Of a stretch of 29,232 nt of DNA, positions 29,001 through 29,232 are shown in pieces. Each line of letters begins with the position of its first letter. Position 1 is the first letter of the stretch. A program made the translations under genes and the position numbers. Source of the stretch: an uncultured Methanosarcinales archaeon (GTDB lineage: Archaea; Halobacteriota; Methanosarcinia; Methanosarcinales; Methanoperedenaceae); the NCBI GenBank assembly GCA_964501085.1, contig CAZCRM010000001.1, positions 1 to 29,232 of the forward strand. The letters run 5' to 3'. The notes beneath the pieces are model-generated. The model saw only the letters and a list, made by a program, of their open reading frames with translations. It was not told the origin of the DNA and did not search any database.

Positions 29001-29232
29001 CCTCTGAATGATGGATGCTTTAAACCTCTAAAAATCATCATTCCAGAAGCCTGCATGCTCAACCCTAAATATCCTGCTGCTGTGGTAGGAGGTAATGTTG
29101 AGACCTCACAATACATTGTGGATGCTTTGTATGGAGCATTAGGGGTAATGGCTGCCTCTCAGGGCACCATGAATAATTTTGCCTTTGGGAATGAGGAATG
29201 GCAGTACTATGAAACAATATGCGGAGGAGCGG
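26079..29232 (+). CDS. oplA: Fused hydantoinase A/B-type ATP-dependent 5-oxoprolinase family protein (3' partial)
   Basis: Manual translation: [70 protein letters not shown]; these motifs are all in one frame; no stop seen before the window end. Confidence 0.9.
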   Translation, partial: MPSKWQFWIDRGGTFTDIIAVSPEGRLIVHKLLSDNPERYSDAALQGIRDILCLPPDAPIPSEKIESIRMGTTVGTNALLERKGEATALVITKGFRDALRIAYQNRPDIFALNIKLPELLYEKVIEVRERYDAHGNELLSLDIDAARAELEKAFKEGIRSVAIVFMHAYRYPKHELQVAELAKSIGFTQISVSHKVSPLMKLISRGETTVVDAYLSPVLHRYIEKIMTELEAGDTKLMFMQSNGGLADAKHFRGKDCILSGPAGGVVGAVVTSRMAGFDKIISFDMGGTSTDVAHYNGEYERSFETSIAGVRLRSPMLNIHTIAAGGGSILHFDGKRFRVGPRSAGANPGPACYRRGGPLTITDCNVMLGKLLPDFFPKVFGPKGNLPIDTQVVKEKFEELSQRIRSSTGISYSPEEVAEGFLSVAVENMANAIKKISVDKGYDLKEYVLCCFGGAGGQHACRVADALGITKIFIHPYAGVLSAYGMGLADQRIIHEHAVEKPLDKSLMKEIETILAQLEAKGRDKIAEENIMVKRKVHIRYEGSDTPLIVDFGNIETIISNFQKAHRQRFGFIMDKALIVEAVSVEVIGVTKKQEEQVVIHKNIKPSPVAMVRMYTYNAFHETPVFLREHLKGRIPGPAIIIDSTSTIIIEPGWEGEVTPKGYLILTRKTSLPDVKVASFDPVMLEIFNNRFISIAEQMGYVLKNTAYSVNIKERLDFSCAIFDRKGNLIASAPHIPVHIGSMGECVRSLLKYKIHPGDVFMLNSPYHGGTHLPDITVVTPVFDKDELIFFVASRGHHADVGGITPGSMPPNSKSIHEEGVITSCFKLLSKGKFREKELRMWLLSGDYPARNPHQNISDLMAQIAANQKGVKELRKLVKQYSLKTVNEYMQHVLSCGEEAVRRLIDVLKEGSFTYVMDDDSVIKVRITIDKNKRNIVIDFTGTSPQHGNLNAPKAVCKAAVLYVFRTLIKEDIPLNDGCFKPLKIIIPEACMLNPKYPAAVVGGNVETSQYIVDALYGALGVMAASQGTMNNFAFGNEEWQYYETICGGA

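Overview
Archaeal genomic window, probably from the Methanosarcinia. This is inferred from GGTGA/GGAGG ribosome-binding sites, TATA-type promoters, MptD, archaeosortase A, PAN, archaeal Cmk and many multiheme cytochromes; a Methanoperedenaceae/ANME-like owner is plausible but cannot be proven from the window. Left to right: (1) pncB, a phosphoribosyltransferase and an ADP-ribosylglycohydrolase; (2) a compact nitrogenase operon nifH-nifI1-nifI2-nifD-nifK with no G subunit and no adjacent nifEN; (3) a convergent artA-psd-pssA-mptD operon; (4) a ~8 kb respiratory island of two divergent operons, one with a hexaheme PGF-CTERM cytochrome, a tetraheme cytochrome, NrfC and NrfD, the other with two paralogous hexaheme cytochromes, a monoheme cytochrome, small membrane proteins and a b6f-like Rieske/cytochrome b/subunit IV set; (5) a radical SAM/SPASM enzyme, DUF763-like protein, IscS and DsrE; (6) adk-DUF106-cmk; (7) small hypotheticals and PAN; (8) a fused 5-oxoprolinase/hydantoinase running off the end. 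The ORF track missed two small membrane ORFs (10035-10136 and 17841-18020), the oxoprolinase and a frameshifted signal peptide on one cytochrome. No rRNA, tRNA, CRISPR array or transposase was recognised.
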